Origin: a virus
Taxonomy: Duplodnaviria > Caudoviricetes
Virus record (IMG/VR): IMGVR_UViG_3300010376_000094
Location: 1-33,319 of that record
Length of the DNA stretch: 33,319 nucleotides
Direction: 5' to 3' (one strand)
Shown here one piece after another: positions 1 through 8,826 of the stretch (within the stretch, counting starts at the first letter, position 1; every line of letters starts with the position of its first letter). The notes below the pieces were generated by a model. The model did not search any database and was not told the origin of the DNA. It worked only from the letters and a program-made list of their open reading frames with translations. The translations under genes and the position numbers were made by a program.

Positions 1-2
1 AG

Positions 3-119
3 GCCCGCATCCTGGACGCGATCCGGGCAGCCGAAGAACGCTACTTGGCTGAGCCGCCAGCCAACGGCGAGGAGGAAGCCCCCGAGATCGTCGGTGAGGC
101 CAATGGCATGGCTGGGTGA
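3..119 (+). CDS. 3' end of a gene truncated by the window edge (hypothetical)
   Basis: Open frame ARILDAIRAAEERYLAEPPANGEEEAPEIVGEANGMAG ending TGA at 117-119, with GC-rich codon usage. Confidence 0.45.
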   Translation, partial: ARILDAIRAAEERYLAEPPANGEEEAPEIVGEANGMAG

Positions 120-154
120 TGCACAGAATAAATATACCCTATGCACGAAATAGC

Positions 155-183
155 TTTGCGTCCATCAGCAGAATAGCCTAAAT
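155..183 (+). promoter_or_regulatory. Putative sigma70-type promoter for the plus-strand cassette
   Basis: TTTGCG-N17-CTAAAT in an AT-rich intergenic stretch; resembles the alphaproteobacterial CTTGAC-N17-CTATAT consensus. Confidence 0.45.
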
Positions 184-235
184 ACACACCCAGCCCACCG
201 GATTGGCCGGGGGCATATCTACCGGAGAGCCGGAG

Positions 236-571
236 ATGAGCGCTAGAAAATCCCCCCTTCTGCTACACGTCCCAGCTGTCATCCTACGGGAGCAGCGTGT
301 GTTCCGACTGCACTTCCTGTGCGACGCTTGCACCGAGACAGGCAGCGAGTGGGTCGAGGAAGCCCTCGTGGTTCGCAGCGGTTATTGCCCCTGCTGCGAT
401 GCGGAATGCCAAGCTTACGGCATCGACGAACTATTCGAGACCATGCCTGAGTTCGATCTTTCGGAGGACGAGTGTGACGGCCACCGAGATGCGGCTGTGC
501 CTGGCGGCGCTGGGTTGGAGCCAGGAGGCGCTCCAGCGCAGGCTGGGCATCGCGAGAAAGACGGTGAATAG
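236..571 (+). CDS. Hypothetical protein with Cys pairs (possible Zn ribbon)
   Basis: GGAG upstream of ATG 236; CDAC and CPCC motifs; the C-terminal part overlaps the next gene, so the true end is uncertain. Confidence 0.5.
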   Translation: MSARKSPLLLHVPAVILREQRVFRLHFLCDACTETGSEWVEEALVVRSGYCPCCDAECQAYGIDELFETMPEFDLSEDECDGHRDAAVPGGAGLEPGGAPAQAGHREKDGE

Positions 572-677
572 CTGGGCGGACGGATCGCAAGAGATCCCGC
601 CCCGTGTAGCCGACTGGCTGCGCTACTTAGCCGCGCCGGCGATGGAGCGGCCTTTACCAAAGGACTGGAACCGATGA
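474..677 (+). CDS. XRE/Cro-like helix-turn-helix protein
   Basis: GGAGG at 463-467 then GTG 474; MTATEMRLCLAALGWSQEALQRRLGIARKTVNSWADGSQEIP matches the HTH_XRE pattern. Confidence 0.8.
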   Translation: MTATEMRLCLAALGWSQEALQRRLGIARKTVNSWADGSQEIPPRVADWLRYLAAPAMERPLPKDWNR

Positions 678-916
678 GTGACCGACTCGCCCTGTCGAAC
701 GCCATCGAGGATGCCGGTATCCCGCGCGACAAAGCGCAGCGACTGGCCTCCGTCATCTTCGAGGCAATTCATACAAGTGTGGCCACGAAGGCCGACCTGC
801 AGGCGATGGAAGCGCGGCTGACCGAACGGCTTACGCGACGCGGCATCGCTGCCGTCGTCATTGGCATCTCGGCCTTGTTTGGTGCTCTGCACCTCTGGCC
901 GCCACACCTAGGATAG
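674..916 (+). CDS. DUF1640/CCDC90-like coiled-coil membrane-anchored protein
   Basis: EDAGIPRDKAQRLA...VATKADL...coiled coil, then a C-terminal TM helix; ATGA overlap with the upstream gene. Confidence 0.7.
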   Translation: MSDRLALSNAIEDAGIPRDKAQRLASVIFEAIHTSVATKADLQAMEARLTERLTRRGIAAVVIGISALFGALHLWPPHLG

Positions 917-1025
917 CGCCCCCGCGGCACGGCGCTGGATAGACGACCGCCGCACATAAGCGAGGCGGCTAAGGCCCCGTCAGGCCCGCCGCCTCTGACC
1001 ACACATCGAGAGGATACCTCGACCT

Positions 1026-1373
1026 ATGGCTACCCGAACCATAACCGCCGCCATCGTGGCGGCAACCATGACAATGACCGCCTGCGCCGCGCCCTCACAA
1101 CCCGTCCTGGACGCTCTTGTCGTTCAGTGCCAGGCCGGTGACCAGAATGCCTGCCACGCCGTGCCGATGGCGGAGGCCGCCGTCATCCGCGAGAAGAACG
1201 AACAGAACGAAAAGGTCGCCAAGGGCGTGCTGCTGATCCTCAGCGTCGGGCTCCTCGCTGCGGCTGTCGCGGCCGGTGCTCGAGCGAACCCACCGCCGCC
1301 CCCTCAGCCGGTATTCGTGCCGCCCCCGCCGCCGTTTCATCCACCACCGCCGCCCGTGATATTCCTGCACTGA
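1026..1373 (+). CDS. Putative lipoprotein with TM segment and poly-Pro tail
   Basis: Signal peptide ending MTA-C; C..GDQNAC motif; hydrophobic helix; PPPPP tracts. Confidence 0.65.
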   Translation: MATRTITAAIVAATMTMTACAAPSQPVLDALVVQCQAGDQNACHAVPMAEAAVIREKNEQNEKVAKGVLLILSVGLLAAAVAAGARANPPPPPQPVFVPPPPPFHPPPPPVIFLH

Positions 1374-1383
1374 GGGCTGAACC

Positions 1384-1584
1384 ATGGCCGATGACATGCC
1401 GAGCCGGGTCGCTGTGCTGGAGGAGATCGCCCGCAATACCGAGACGATGCTGGCCGAGATCCGTGCGGATATTCGCGAGGTCCGCGACGCTCAGCGCGGC
1501 GACTTCCGTTGGATGATGACGGTGTGGATCAGTGGCATGGCCGCATTACTGGCCGTCATGGCCCACGGTTTTCACTGGCTATAG
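1384..1584 (+). CDS. Small coiled-coil plus TM protein (XhlA-like architecture)
   Basis: SRVAVLEE...DIREVRD...DFRWMM followed by a TM helix ending AHGFHWL. Confidence 0.7.
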   Translation: MADDMPSRVAVLEEIARNTETMLAEIRADIREVRDAQRGDFRWMMTVWISGMAALLAVMAHGFHWL

Positions 1585-1603
1585 GGAGCGCCCCAACGGG
1601 CGG

Positions 1604-1843
1604 ATGAGTATGCTAGAGGGTATCATCGCAGGCATCGTCGTGTTTGCGATCTGGGGGTTAATCATCCACGGGAGTGCGCGTCTTCTGCTAACACTCCTGA
1701 TCGGTCTTTGCGGGGTATGCGGTAAATTCGCGCGCGTCATCGACCGGACGCCTGATCGCATTCTGATCCCAAGCTGTATCGTAGCTGCCCCGCTGGTCTT
1801 CGTCGGCATCCTGTTCTCTTTGTTTCTTCTCGCTCAACTCTAA
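1604..1843 (+). CDS. Small two-TM membrane protein, possible superinfection exclusion
   Basis: Two hydrophobic stretches; lower GC; stop overlaps the stop of the convergent ejection gene. Confidence 0.55.
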   Translation: MSMLEGIIAGIVVFAIWGLIIHGSARLLLTLLIGLCGVCGKFARVIDRTPDRILIPSCIVAAPLVFVGILFSLFLLAQL

Positions 1844-3486
1844 CGCTGCCGCTGTGGAAATGCCTGGGTGCCGATGGCGGGTGCATACCGCAGCGGATTG
1901 GCAATCGGCGCGCCTCCCGCGTTGATCAACGCATTCACGAAGGGGCGCGACTGCTGATAAGCCTGCCCCGCCCATTGACCAGCTCTTGCCGCGGCGGCGG
2001 TGCCCCCTAAAATTAAGGCAGCCGGCGACAGATAATTTGCCGGGTTGAGGATCTCACCCGATGTAATCCCTTGAATAACTCCTGGCGCACCACCAGCCGC
2101 GCCCACCAGACCTACATCCCTCCAGAAGCTCGATGAAGGCTGTGCGGGCGCAGACCCGCCGCCAAACAGCGTGCGGATGCTGCTGGCAAAGTCCCCCAGG
2201 CGACCCACCACTGAGTTGCTGGAAACTGGCACCCCTTTCAGGTCGGTGAATCTATTCAGCACGCTGCTGAACAGCGTCGTCGGGTTGATGTGCCCATTCG
2301 GCAACACGGCCTTTTCCACACCCATAAGCAGCCGATATCGCGTGCGTGCGTCCACCCAGTTGTCGAAAGCCCCAGCCGGCGATGATGCCTGAAAGCCGGT
2401 ATCCATCACCTTGTCGAGCAGCTGGGCCGCCTGCTTAACGAATGGCTGATCGCTGCCGACGAGATCATGCAGCGCCGATCCGGCACCGACGAGGTTGTCA
2501 AAGTCCTGGCCGCTGATCACGCCGTTCTTTATCCGGCTGCGGATCTGGTTGATTAGCGGGTCGATCTGACTGCCAGCGCCATTGCTCTGAGCCAACCGCT
2601 GGACCTGGGTCAGCGCTTGATCAAAGGCACCTCCCGGCGCCGCATTGATCTGCCCGCTCTGAGCGGCCTTGGTCACGGCTTGCCCGAGATCGGTTTTCGC
2701 TGCCGACAGGTTAGGCGCCTTCCAGTCCGAGACGTCCTTGCCAAGGATTTTGCCAACTGCGCTGTCAATCTGGCCTGACTGGGCATAGGTGGGGGGCGCC
2801 CCCATCGCCTTGACATTGCCGCCCGGCAGGTTTGACGCAGCGATGTCGGTCACGCCCTCACGCTGTGCCGTTTTCGCTGCATCTGCCACCTCTGGCTCGA
2901 TCGAGCGGCCAGCACCGAACCAATTGCCAACCTTGTTGGCAACGCCGCCCAGCGCGCCCCCGAGCGCAGCGCCGACGCCAGCACGCTGATACCAGGGTTC
3001 GTCTGGGTTGCCCGCCAAAGCGTTCTGCGCGGCGCCGGTAGCAGCACCCGTCAGGATGGAACCACCTAAGCCAGTGCCGACGCCAGCAGCCCCAGCGGCG
3101 ACGTCCCCGCCCAGGGCAAGCGGGATAGCCACGGCCGTGCCACCGATCAGCTTGCCGGCAGTTGAGGCGTATGGATGCCCCTGCATCGCAGCCTGCGCCT
3201 GCGCGGTTGCCGTTGGATCTGGTGTCAGCCCAACGTTGCGGGCGATGTCAGAGCCGACGCTGTATATGCCGCCGGTGACGGCCCTCGCCGCGCCACCCAA
3301 TGAGGCCCTCAGGCCACCTGGGTCCCACATCGTGTCAGCCCCCGGAGCGGTCGTTGTCGTCTGTTGACCAGAGCCATCACCGGAGCTTGCGGGCGCCGTC
3401 GTAGACGATGCTGGCGCCGCCGGTTGCGCCATCAGTTTGGTGATATTCTTCTGACGGTCAGCCCAGGGATCGCTATCATCAGCCAT
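1840..3486 (-). CDS. Putative DNA ejection/injection protein (P22 gp16-like position)
   Basis: 548 aa Gly/Ala-rich protein, last of the virion operon; start taken at MADDSDPW just after the upstream stop. Confidence 0.6.
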   Translation of the reverse strand: MADDSDPWADRQKNITKLMAQPAAPASSTTAPASSGDGSGQQTTTTAPGADTMWDPGGLRASLGGAARAVTGGIYSVGSDIARNVGLTPDPTATAQAQAAMQGHPYASTAGKLIGGTAVAIPLALGGDVAAGAAGVGTGLGGSILTGAATGAAQNALAGNPDEPWYQRAGVGAALGGALGGVANKVGNWFGAGRSIEPEVADAAKTAQREGVTDIAASNLPGGNVKAMGAPPTYAQSGQIDSAVGKILGKDVSDWKAPNLSAAKTDLGQAVTKAAQSGQINAAPGGAFDQALTQVQRLAQSNGAGSQIDPLINQIRSRIKNGVISGQDFDNLVGAGSALHDLVGSDQPFVKQAAQLLDKVMDTGFQASSPAGAFDNWVDARTRYRLLMGVEKAVLPNGHINPTTLFSSVLNRFTDLKGVPVSSNSVVGRLGDFASSIRTLFGGGSAPAQPSSSFWRDVGLVGAAGGAPGVIQGITSGEILNPANYLSPAALILGGTAAAARAGQWAGQAYQQSRPFVNALINAGGAPIANPLRYAPAIGTQAFPQRQR

Positions 3487-3487
3487 G

Positions 3488-5371
3488 CTATTTGCCCGCC
3501 TTCGCAAAGTCCGGATAGAGCTTCTTGGCTTCAGTTATGCTATCCCAGAATTTCTTCTGATCAGCGGAGTTCAGCCCCTTCAGATAGGTGGCTATCTCCT
3601 GATCCGTTAAGTGATCGGCACCGAAGGCCACCGGGTCCAGGTTCGACGCCCACTGGCTGGTCTTGGTCCTATACTGATTCGCGTATTGATCTGCATCCTG
3701 TCCGGGATACTGCGAACGGAAATACTTGAGCCGCGCCATCTGGAAGCGTTCATACCCGATCTGTCTGGCCGACAGTTCACGGATAGCCTCGACCTGCTGT
3801 TGCATATTCGGGCTAGAAGCCTCGGCCTCGAGGCGTGCCATGTCGGTGCCAGAAAATGCACCTGAGTTAGTCAGGCCCTGATGCAGAGCCTTGGAAAGCT
3901 CCTGATAAGCGGCAACGGAGTCGTTGGGCATCGAGGGCAGTTGAACGCCCCATTGCGAGAGCACAGTCCCCCAGTTGTTCCATTGCGCTGAGGTGGGGCC
4001 GGTCTTGAGGTCGGGATGTGCGTTGATGATCGAGAGTGCGCTCTGCCACGGCTGTATCCGCGAAGCGAGCCCAGCTTCACGCGACACATCGGCCGAGTAT
4101 TCCTTGGCAGACTGCTCCCAGAGCGGCTGCATCCAAGGCACCGGCGGAACGACGTTTGGCGTCGTGAGAATCGGTGCGCCGCCAGGGGTTCGCTGCACCC
4201 CCGGGAGCTGGTAGCCACCCCCGCCGCCGCCTGCTCCTACGGGCCGGCCGGTCGCGTCGAAGGCTTGGAAGCCTGCTGGCTGAACGGAAGAGCCGCCGCC
4301 CCCCGTTGGCGACACGGTCGCCCCGCCGGCCACAGGCTGCGCTGAGGTGGCGCCAATGAAAACCGAGGGCGTCTGACTACCCCCGCCACCACCCCCGCCT
4401 GTAGCGCCGCTTGGCGCGCTCTGTGCCCAGGGTCTGCCGCCGTATCTGTCGTAGAGTGCCGAGGCCACCGCGTATTGCTGCTGCGGTGATGCTTGGATGG
4501 CGAGCTGCGTGCGTTGGTTCGGCGGGATGTTGGCCAGTGCCTGCCCCTCGGCCCATGTCGAGGGGATGATCTGATAGTAACCAGAGCCGCGCTGTTCGAC
4601 AGGCGCGTTGCCAACACGGGAGAAGATGTTCTGGTTGCCGCTCTCGCGCTGCGCGAATGTCGCCAGATCGGCGTCCTTCTGCGATAGCTGCTGGCCAGGT
4701 TGGGCGGGTGATCCAGGCGGTGGACCGGCAGGCTGACCACCCCCGACGTTTCCAGATGATGGCGCACCGCCGCTGGCTGCACCTCCGCCACCCCCACTGC
4801 CGAACAGGACACTCTTCGGTATCTGATATTGCCTGCCTTTGGGGCCGAAGCGGCCCTCGTTGTCTGTAACAGTAACGAGTTCCGCGCCCTCTCCTGGCGT
4901 GAGGCCCAACTGAATAGAGCCAGCCGGGTTGAACTGCCCGGCGCCTGATGTCCAAGTGCCTGGCGTGGTGCCATAAACGAGGTTAGAGCCCGTGTTGACC
5001 TGCATCCGCTGCGGACCGACCAGTTCGCCCTGCCGCTCCGCCGACATGCCGCCGAGCGCGGTCGCGCGCATGAAGTCGGCCGGCTTGCCACCACGGCTCA
5101 TTGCATCGGTCGCTTGCGCCACGAGCCCGTCGACATTCGCACCGATGAGAGCCGACTGCGACAGCGAGTTTTTCACGTCATCCCAACTAGGATTTGGGTT
5201 GGTCGCCATAAGCTGACGCATAGACTGATACGCCGGTTGCAACTGCGCCTGCTGGAGATCAAACTGCTTCTGCCGGAAGTTGTAGTAGTTAGTTGATGCC
5301 GTGTTGGCGTCGTTGATCGCCTTCAGCGGGTCAACGACTGTCGGCTGCGACAGATAACTGTAATCAGGCAT
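3488..5371 (-). CDS. DNA ejection protein with lytic transglycosylase (Rpf/lysozyme-like) domain
   Basis: AQRESG...GSGYYQIIPSTW...ASPQQQYAVASALYDRYGGRPW matches the Rpf/transglycosylase motif, flanked by Gly/Pro linkers; GAGGA RBS before ATG 5371. Confidence 0.75.
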   Translation of the reverse strand: MPDYSYLSQPTVVDPLKAINDANTASTNYYNFRQKQFDLQQAQLQPAYQSMRQLMATNPNPSWDDVKNSLSQSALIGANVDGLVAQATDAMSRGGKPADFMRATALGGMSAERQGELVGPQRMQVNTGSNLVYGTTPGTWTSGAGQFNPAGSIQLGLTPGEGAELVTVTDNEGRFGPKGRQYQIPKSVLFGSGGGGGAASGGAPSSGNVGGGQPAGPPPGSPAQPGQQLSQKDADLATFAQRESGNQNIFSRVGNAPVEQRGSGYYQIIPSTWAEGQALANIPPNQRTQLAIQASPQQQYAVASALYDRYGGRPWAQSAPSGATGGGGGGGSQTPSVFIGATSAQPVAGGATVSPTGGGGSSVQPAGFQAFDATGRPVGAGGGGGGYQLPGVQRTPGGAPILTTPNVVPPVPWMQPLWEQSAKEYSADVSREAGLASRIQPWQSALSIINAHPDLKTGPTSAQWNNWGTVLSQWGVQLPSMPNDSVAAYQELSKALHQGLTNSGAFSGTDMARLEAEASSPNMQQQVEAIRELSARQIGYERFQMARLKYFRSQYPGQDADQYANQYRTKTSQWASNLDPVAFGADHLTDQEIATYLKGLNSADQKKFWDSITEAKKLYPDFAKAGK

Positions 5372-5714
5372 TGGCGTCCTCATCCGGCTGCTGCGGCGAC
5401 GGATAGAGTTGCTTCGGGAAGGCCGCCTCCGCGTGGATGCCCTGGTGCATCACGGCGGCAAACATCATGCGTGCCCAGTTGCGCAGACCTTCCGCATCTC
5501 GTGGCATCGACGCCAGGAGCTGAGATGCCTGATCGCCCTCGATGTGTTCCTTCGTCAACAGTTTCTGGATGTAGTCCCGGACTTCCTTCGGATCTGGGTT
5601 GGGGTCGTTCGCCAACCTGGAGAGCATCTCCATTTCACCGCCCGTGGCATCGCGACGGCGGATCATGTGCTCCTGTGTGCGTCCGCGCATACCGTGTTTT
5701 ATCGCATCGCTCAT
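5364..5714 (-). CDS. Hypothetical helical protein in the ejection module
   Basis: 116 aa ORF overlapping neighbours on both sides. Confidence 0.65.
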   Translation of the reverse strand: MSDAIKHGMRGRTQEHMIRRRDATGGEMEMLSRLANDPNPDPKEVRDYIQKLLTKEHIEGDQASQLLASMPRDAEGLRNWARMMFAAVMHQGIHAEAAFPKQLYPSPQQPDEDANA

Positions 5715-6232
5715 CAGTAGATCCCCTGTTGGAGCAGGGCATTCTGTGCCTGCTGGGCCTGTATCTGCTGAGGAACGGTCAGCGCATTCACCACATCGGT
5801 GCGCGGACCATAGACGCCGGCTGCTAATGGTGCCCCGTATTGCGCCGCTAGCGTCGGGTCGAAATAGGTGCGCCCAGCTTGTGCGGCCGCGAGCGACTCG
5901 GCGTTCAAGGCGTCGGTGTCATCCTGCGTCGCAAGGCCGTGCCTGGCGCGGTAGCTGCGCGCCTGTTTAGTCACGGTGTCAGGCGCTGGAGGGTAGTTGT
6001 AGGTCGCATGGACCGGCGCCCCTGACTGAGTGCCTGTCTGTCCGATCACCGGATTTCCCGGCTTCGGCGGCTGTGGAGTATTCGGCGACACGTAGGTGGT
6101 AGCCGGATTGGCTTGGTTCATCACCGGCTGTGGCAGGCGCGTAGCATAGACATTCACGGTCGGGATCGGCCTACCATAGTCGTCCACGGCCCCGGCCACA
6201 TATGGCTGCGACAGATAGCTGTAATCAGGCAT
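5714..6232 (-). CDS. Hypothetical (ejection-associated) protein
   Basis: 172 aa; N-terminal MPDYSYLSQP identical to that of the 3488-5371 protein. Confidence 0.65.
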   Translation of the reverse strand: MPDYSYLSQPYVAGAVDDYGRPIPTVNVYATRLPQPVMNQANPATTYVSPNTPQPPKPGNPVIGQTGTQSGAPVHATYNYPPAPDTVTKQARSYRARHGLATQDDTDALNAESLAAAQAGRTYFDPTLAAQYGAPLAAGVYGPRTDVVNALTVPQQIQAQQAQNALLQQGIY

Positions 6233-6241
6233 GGGATGACC

Positions 6242-7069
6242 TTAGCTTTTCAGGGCGCCACTCTCGGTGAAGTTGGGATTATTCGTGCCGTAACTGGATG
6301 CCTGCTGCGTTGGGCTCGTCTGCGGGCTCGTGTTCTTCTGGTAGTTGCTGTAGCTCAGATAGTTCTGCAGGCCCTGGTTGATGGCGTTGCCCACCCCGGT
6401 GATGCTCGATCCCGTCGCGTTGCCGGCGTTGGTGTAGGCCGTTGCCGCTGTGCTGGCGTCCGTCGCACCCGTGGTACCCGTCGCCGAGGCCGCGTTCTGT
6501 CCCAGCGTGCTCACCTGGTTCAGCATGTTGCCGGCAGCCGTGAGGTTGTCTCGATACGAGGTGTTCTGGTTCAGCCAATCCGTGAACGTCTGCTGCGCTT
6601 CGTTGTAGCGGTTCGCGTAGGTGCTGTCGGCCAACCCCGTGGCGTAGGTCGCCGCCCCCTTGAGGCTCGCCCCTGATACGCCCAGCCCTCGCGCCGCTGC
6701 CGCACTCTGCGTTGCCCTCAAGCCTTGGCCCAACGACCACTGATAACCCGGCGTCTGTTCCAACTGCGACTGCGTCAGCACCGAGGCCGGCATGTTGGCG
6801 GTGGCCGCTGAGAGATAGGGTGATACACCCTGCTGCGAGGCCACGCTCTGCGCCAGCGCCGACTGTGGATCGACCGTGGTGTAGCCCGCATTGATATACG
6901 GGTTCTCTTGCTGCGCCGTGTAGTAGTATTCCTTACCGGCGGTGTCGGCCGCTTTCGCCGCACCCGACGATGCCGCGCTGCCGCCAAGCAACGATGTAAG
7001 ACCGCTTACCGCGCTGCCCGTGCCGCTGATGGCAGCCGCCGTGCCGGCCGTGCCTAATGTTGCAACCAC
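6242..7069 (-). CDS. DNA transfer/pilot protein (P22 gp7-like)
   Basis: Ala/Gly/Ser-rich N-terminus; TPGYQW...QG...SAAAARGLGVSGASLK motif typical of this family; follows the GNAT gene. Confidence 0.7.
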   Translation of the reverse strand: MVATLGTAGTAAAISGTGSAVSGLTSLLGGSAASSGAAKAADTAGKEYYYTAQQENPYINAGYTTVDPQSALAQSVASQQGVSPYLSAATANMPASVLTQSQLEQTPGYQWSLGQGLRATQSAAAARGLGVSGASLKGAATYATGLADSTYANRYNEAQQTFTDWLNQNTSYRDNLTAAGNMLNQVSTLGQNAASATGTTGATDASTAATAYTNAGNATGSSITGVGNAINQGLQNYLSYSNYQKNTSPQTSPTQQASSYGTNNPNFTESGALKS

Positions 7070-7070
7070 A

Positions 7071-7526
7071 TCAGTCTCCCAGCCACTTCCAGTAATAGGT
7101 CTCCACCGCCTCGAAACTCAGCCGGCGCAGCAGCGCCCCGCAGTCCTTGTGCAGCTTCGAGCCCACCGCCCAGCGATGCACGCCGCGACGTCGAAGATCC
7201 GCCTCTACCGCACGGAACAGCACCGTCCCGGCATTGCTGCAGCGGTATTCCGGATGCACATAGAAGATGTCGCAGGTTGCCGAGAGACAGGTGTTGTAAT
7301 GCAGACCCGGCGAGATGAAGCCCCAGTAGTAGCCAACAAGTTTGCCGTCATCCCGCAGCACGACGATCTGCAGCTGCCCCAGCGCGTCCATCTTGTCGTA
7401 GATGTCCCACTGCGGCGATAGCGGCACCTTGTCCTTGTCGAGCGCCAGCTCCTCCCAATGCATCGGCAGCATAGGGAGCATCTCGTCCAGGGTCGGTCGC
7501 CATGGCTCAGGCTTCGCGCTTAGCGT
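7071..7526 (-). CDS. GNAT-family acetyltransferase (virion operon)
   Basis: DIFYVHPEYR...G..LF motif A; start placed at ACG 7526 behind GGAGG (see findings); first in-frame ATG lies ~14 codons downstream. Confidence 0.8.
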   Translation of the reverse strand, partial: TLSAKPEPWRPTLDEMLPMLPMHWEELALDKDKVPLSPQWDIYDKMDALGQLQIVVLRDDGKLVGYYWGFISPGLHYNTCLSATCDIFYVHPEYRCSNAGTVLFRAVEADLRRRGVHRWAVGSKLHKDCGALLRRLSFEAVETYYWKWLGD

Positions 7527-8826
7527 GATACGCCTCCAGCGCCTGCACGCGGTCTGCCAGTTCCTTGATGGCATTTATCACGGCATAAAATACCGGCGTC
7601 GGGTCGACGCGGCGCAGATCGTCCAGCGTACGGTCGCCCAGCTTGCCTTTGCCCCGTGACACCGCCTCCGGCACCAGCCGCTCGACCTCCTGCGCAGTGA
7701 ACCCCACATACTCGGTGCCGCTGTCGCGTCCATCGAAATCCGGACGGAAGCGGAACCGCCGCGGGCGCAACTGCTGCACGGCGTCGAGCCCGATCGAGAA
7801 ATCGCCCGTTATGTCCTTGACCCGCGCATCGGAGCTATCGGTCCACATGCCACCGCCTGGCTTATAGGCCGTGTTGTAGACCTCGAAATTGCGGTAGAAG
7901 TCGATCGACAGGCCGACGCCGGTGGCATTGACATAGGTCATCTGACCGGCGCTCTGATCCAGCTGGAACGCATACCCCGCCTGAAACGCCAGATTGGCAA
8001 TCGACCCGGCGTCATAGATGGCCGGGCCGCCGGTACAGTAGAAGCCATTGGCCGACTGTGCCTTGTCGCTGAACACCGCGCCTGGCGCCGATACCGTGCT
8101 CTTGAACGTCGCGGCGCCCGTGACGGTCAGCGTGTCGCCGATTGTCGCCCAGCCGGTGGTGGCGAAGTCGGTGCAGTCCATATTGCCCTGCGCCACGACA
8201 TTGCCGGTCACGGCCGCATCACCGGTCACATAGATCGAGGTGTCCGTGGCAATAGCGCCGGTGGCGTTGATGGTGGTGGTGTGCAGCCCGCCAGTCATGG
8301 TCGAGGTGCCATCGACCCGCACATAGTTGCTGAGCTGCAACGCGGTGTTGTCCACATACTGCTTCGTCACCGCTCCGAGCGCCGCCGTTGGATCGGCCGC
8401 CAGCACAAGCGGACCGGCCATCGTATCGCCGGATGTATTGACATACCGGGCATCGGCCGACGGCGTGTCGAGACCGAGCCCGGTGGCCGTCTGCCAGATA
8501 TGCAGCGAGGCGCTCCACAGGATGCGATCGCCATTGTGGATGGTCTGCCCGCCGATGCCGGGAATGCCGGCCGGTGCCGTCTCCGGGGTGGCTGGGTTGG
8601 CGGTGACCGCGATGTAATTCTCGGCGTCCGTCCGCCCGCCGCCGCTGATATCCGGCGTGTTGGCCGCGACAGCCCAGGTGCCCGAATAGGTGCCGTTGAT
8701 GACGCTGAACAGCCCGGCCACCGATGTGCTGTAGGCCGCATTGCTGCCGGCCCTGGCCAGCGGAAAACGGTCGGTCGTCAGCAGGAAGCCGGCATCAGGT
8801 GCGGCGCTGATCTTGACGTCGGGCAT
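7507..8826 (-). CDS. Tail fibre/spike with C-terminal intramolecular chaperone (Peptidase S74-like)
   Basis: SDARVKDI...LDAVQQLRPRRFRF...GFTAQEV...INAIKEL coiled coil; LAADPTAALGAVTKQYVD fibre motif. Confidence 0.85.
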   Translation of the reverse strand: MPDVKISAAPDAGFLLTTDRFPLARAGSNAAYSTSVAGLFSVINGTYSGTWAVAANTPDISGGGRTDAENYIAVTANPATPETAPAGIPGIGGQTIHNGDRILWSASLHIWQTATGLGLDTPSADARYVNTSGDTMAGPLVLAADPTAALGAVTKQYVDNTALQLSNYVRVDGTSTMTGGLHTTTINATGAIATDTSIYVTGDAAVTGNVVAQGNMDCTDFATTGWATIGDTLTVTGAATFKSTVSAPGAVFSDKAQSANGFYCTGGPAIYDAGSIANLAFQAGYAFQLDQSAGQMTYVNATGVGLSIDFYRNFEVYNTAYKPGGGMWTDSSDARVKDITGDFSIGLDAVQQLRPRRFRFRPDFDGRDSGTEYVGFTAQEVERLVPEAVSRGKGKLGDRTLDDLRRVDPTPVFYAVINAIKELADRVQALEAYHAKREA

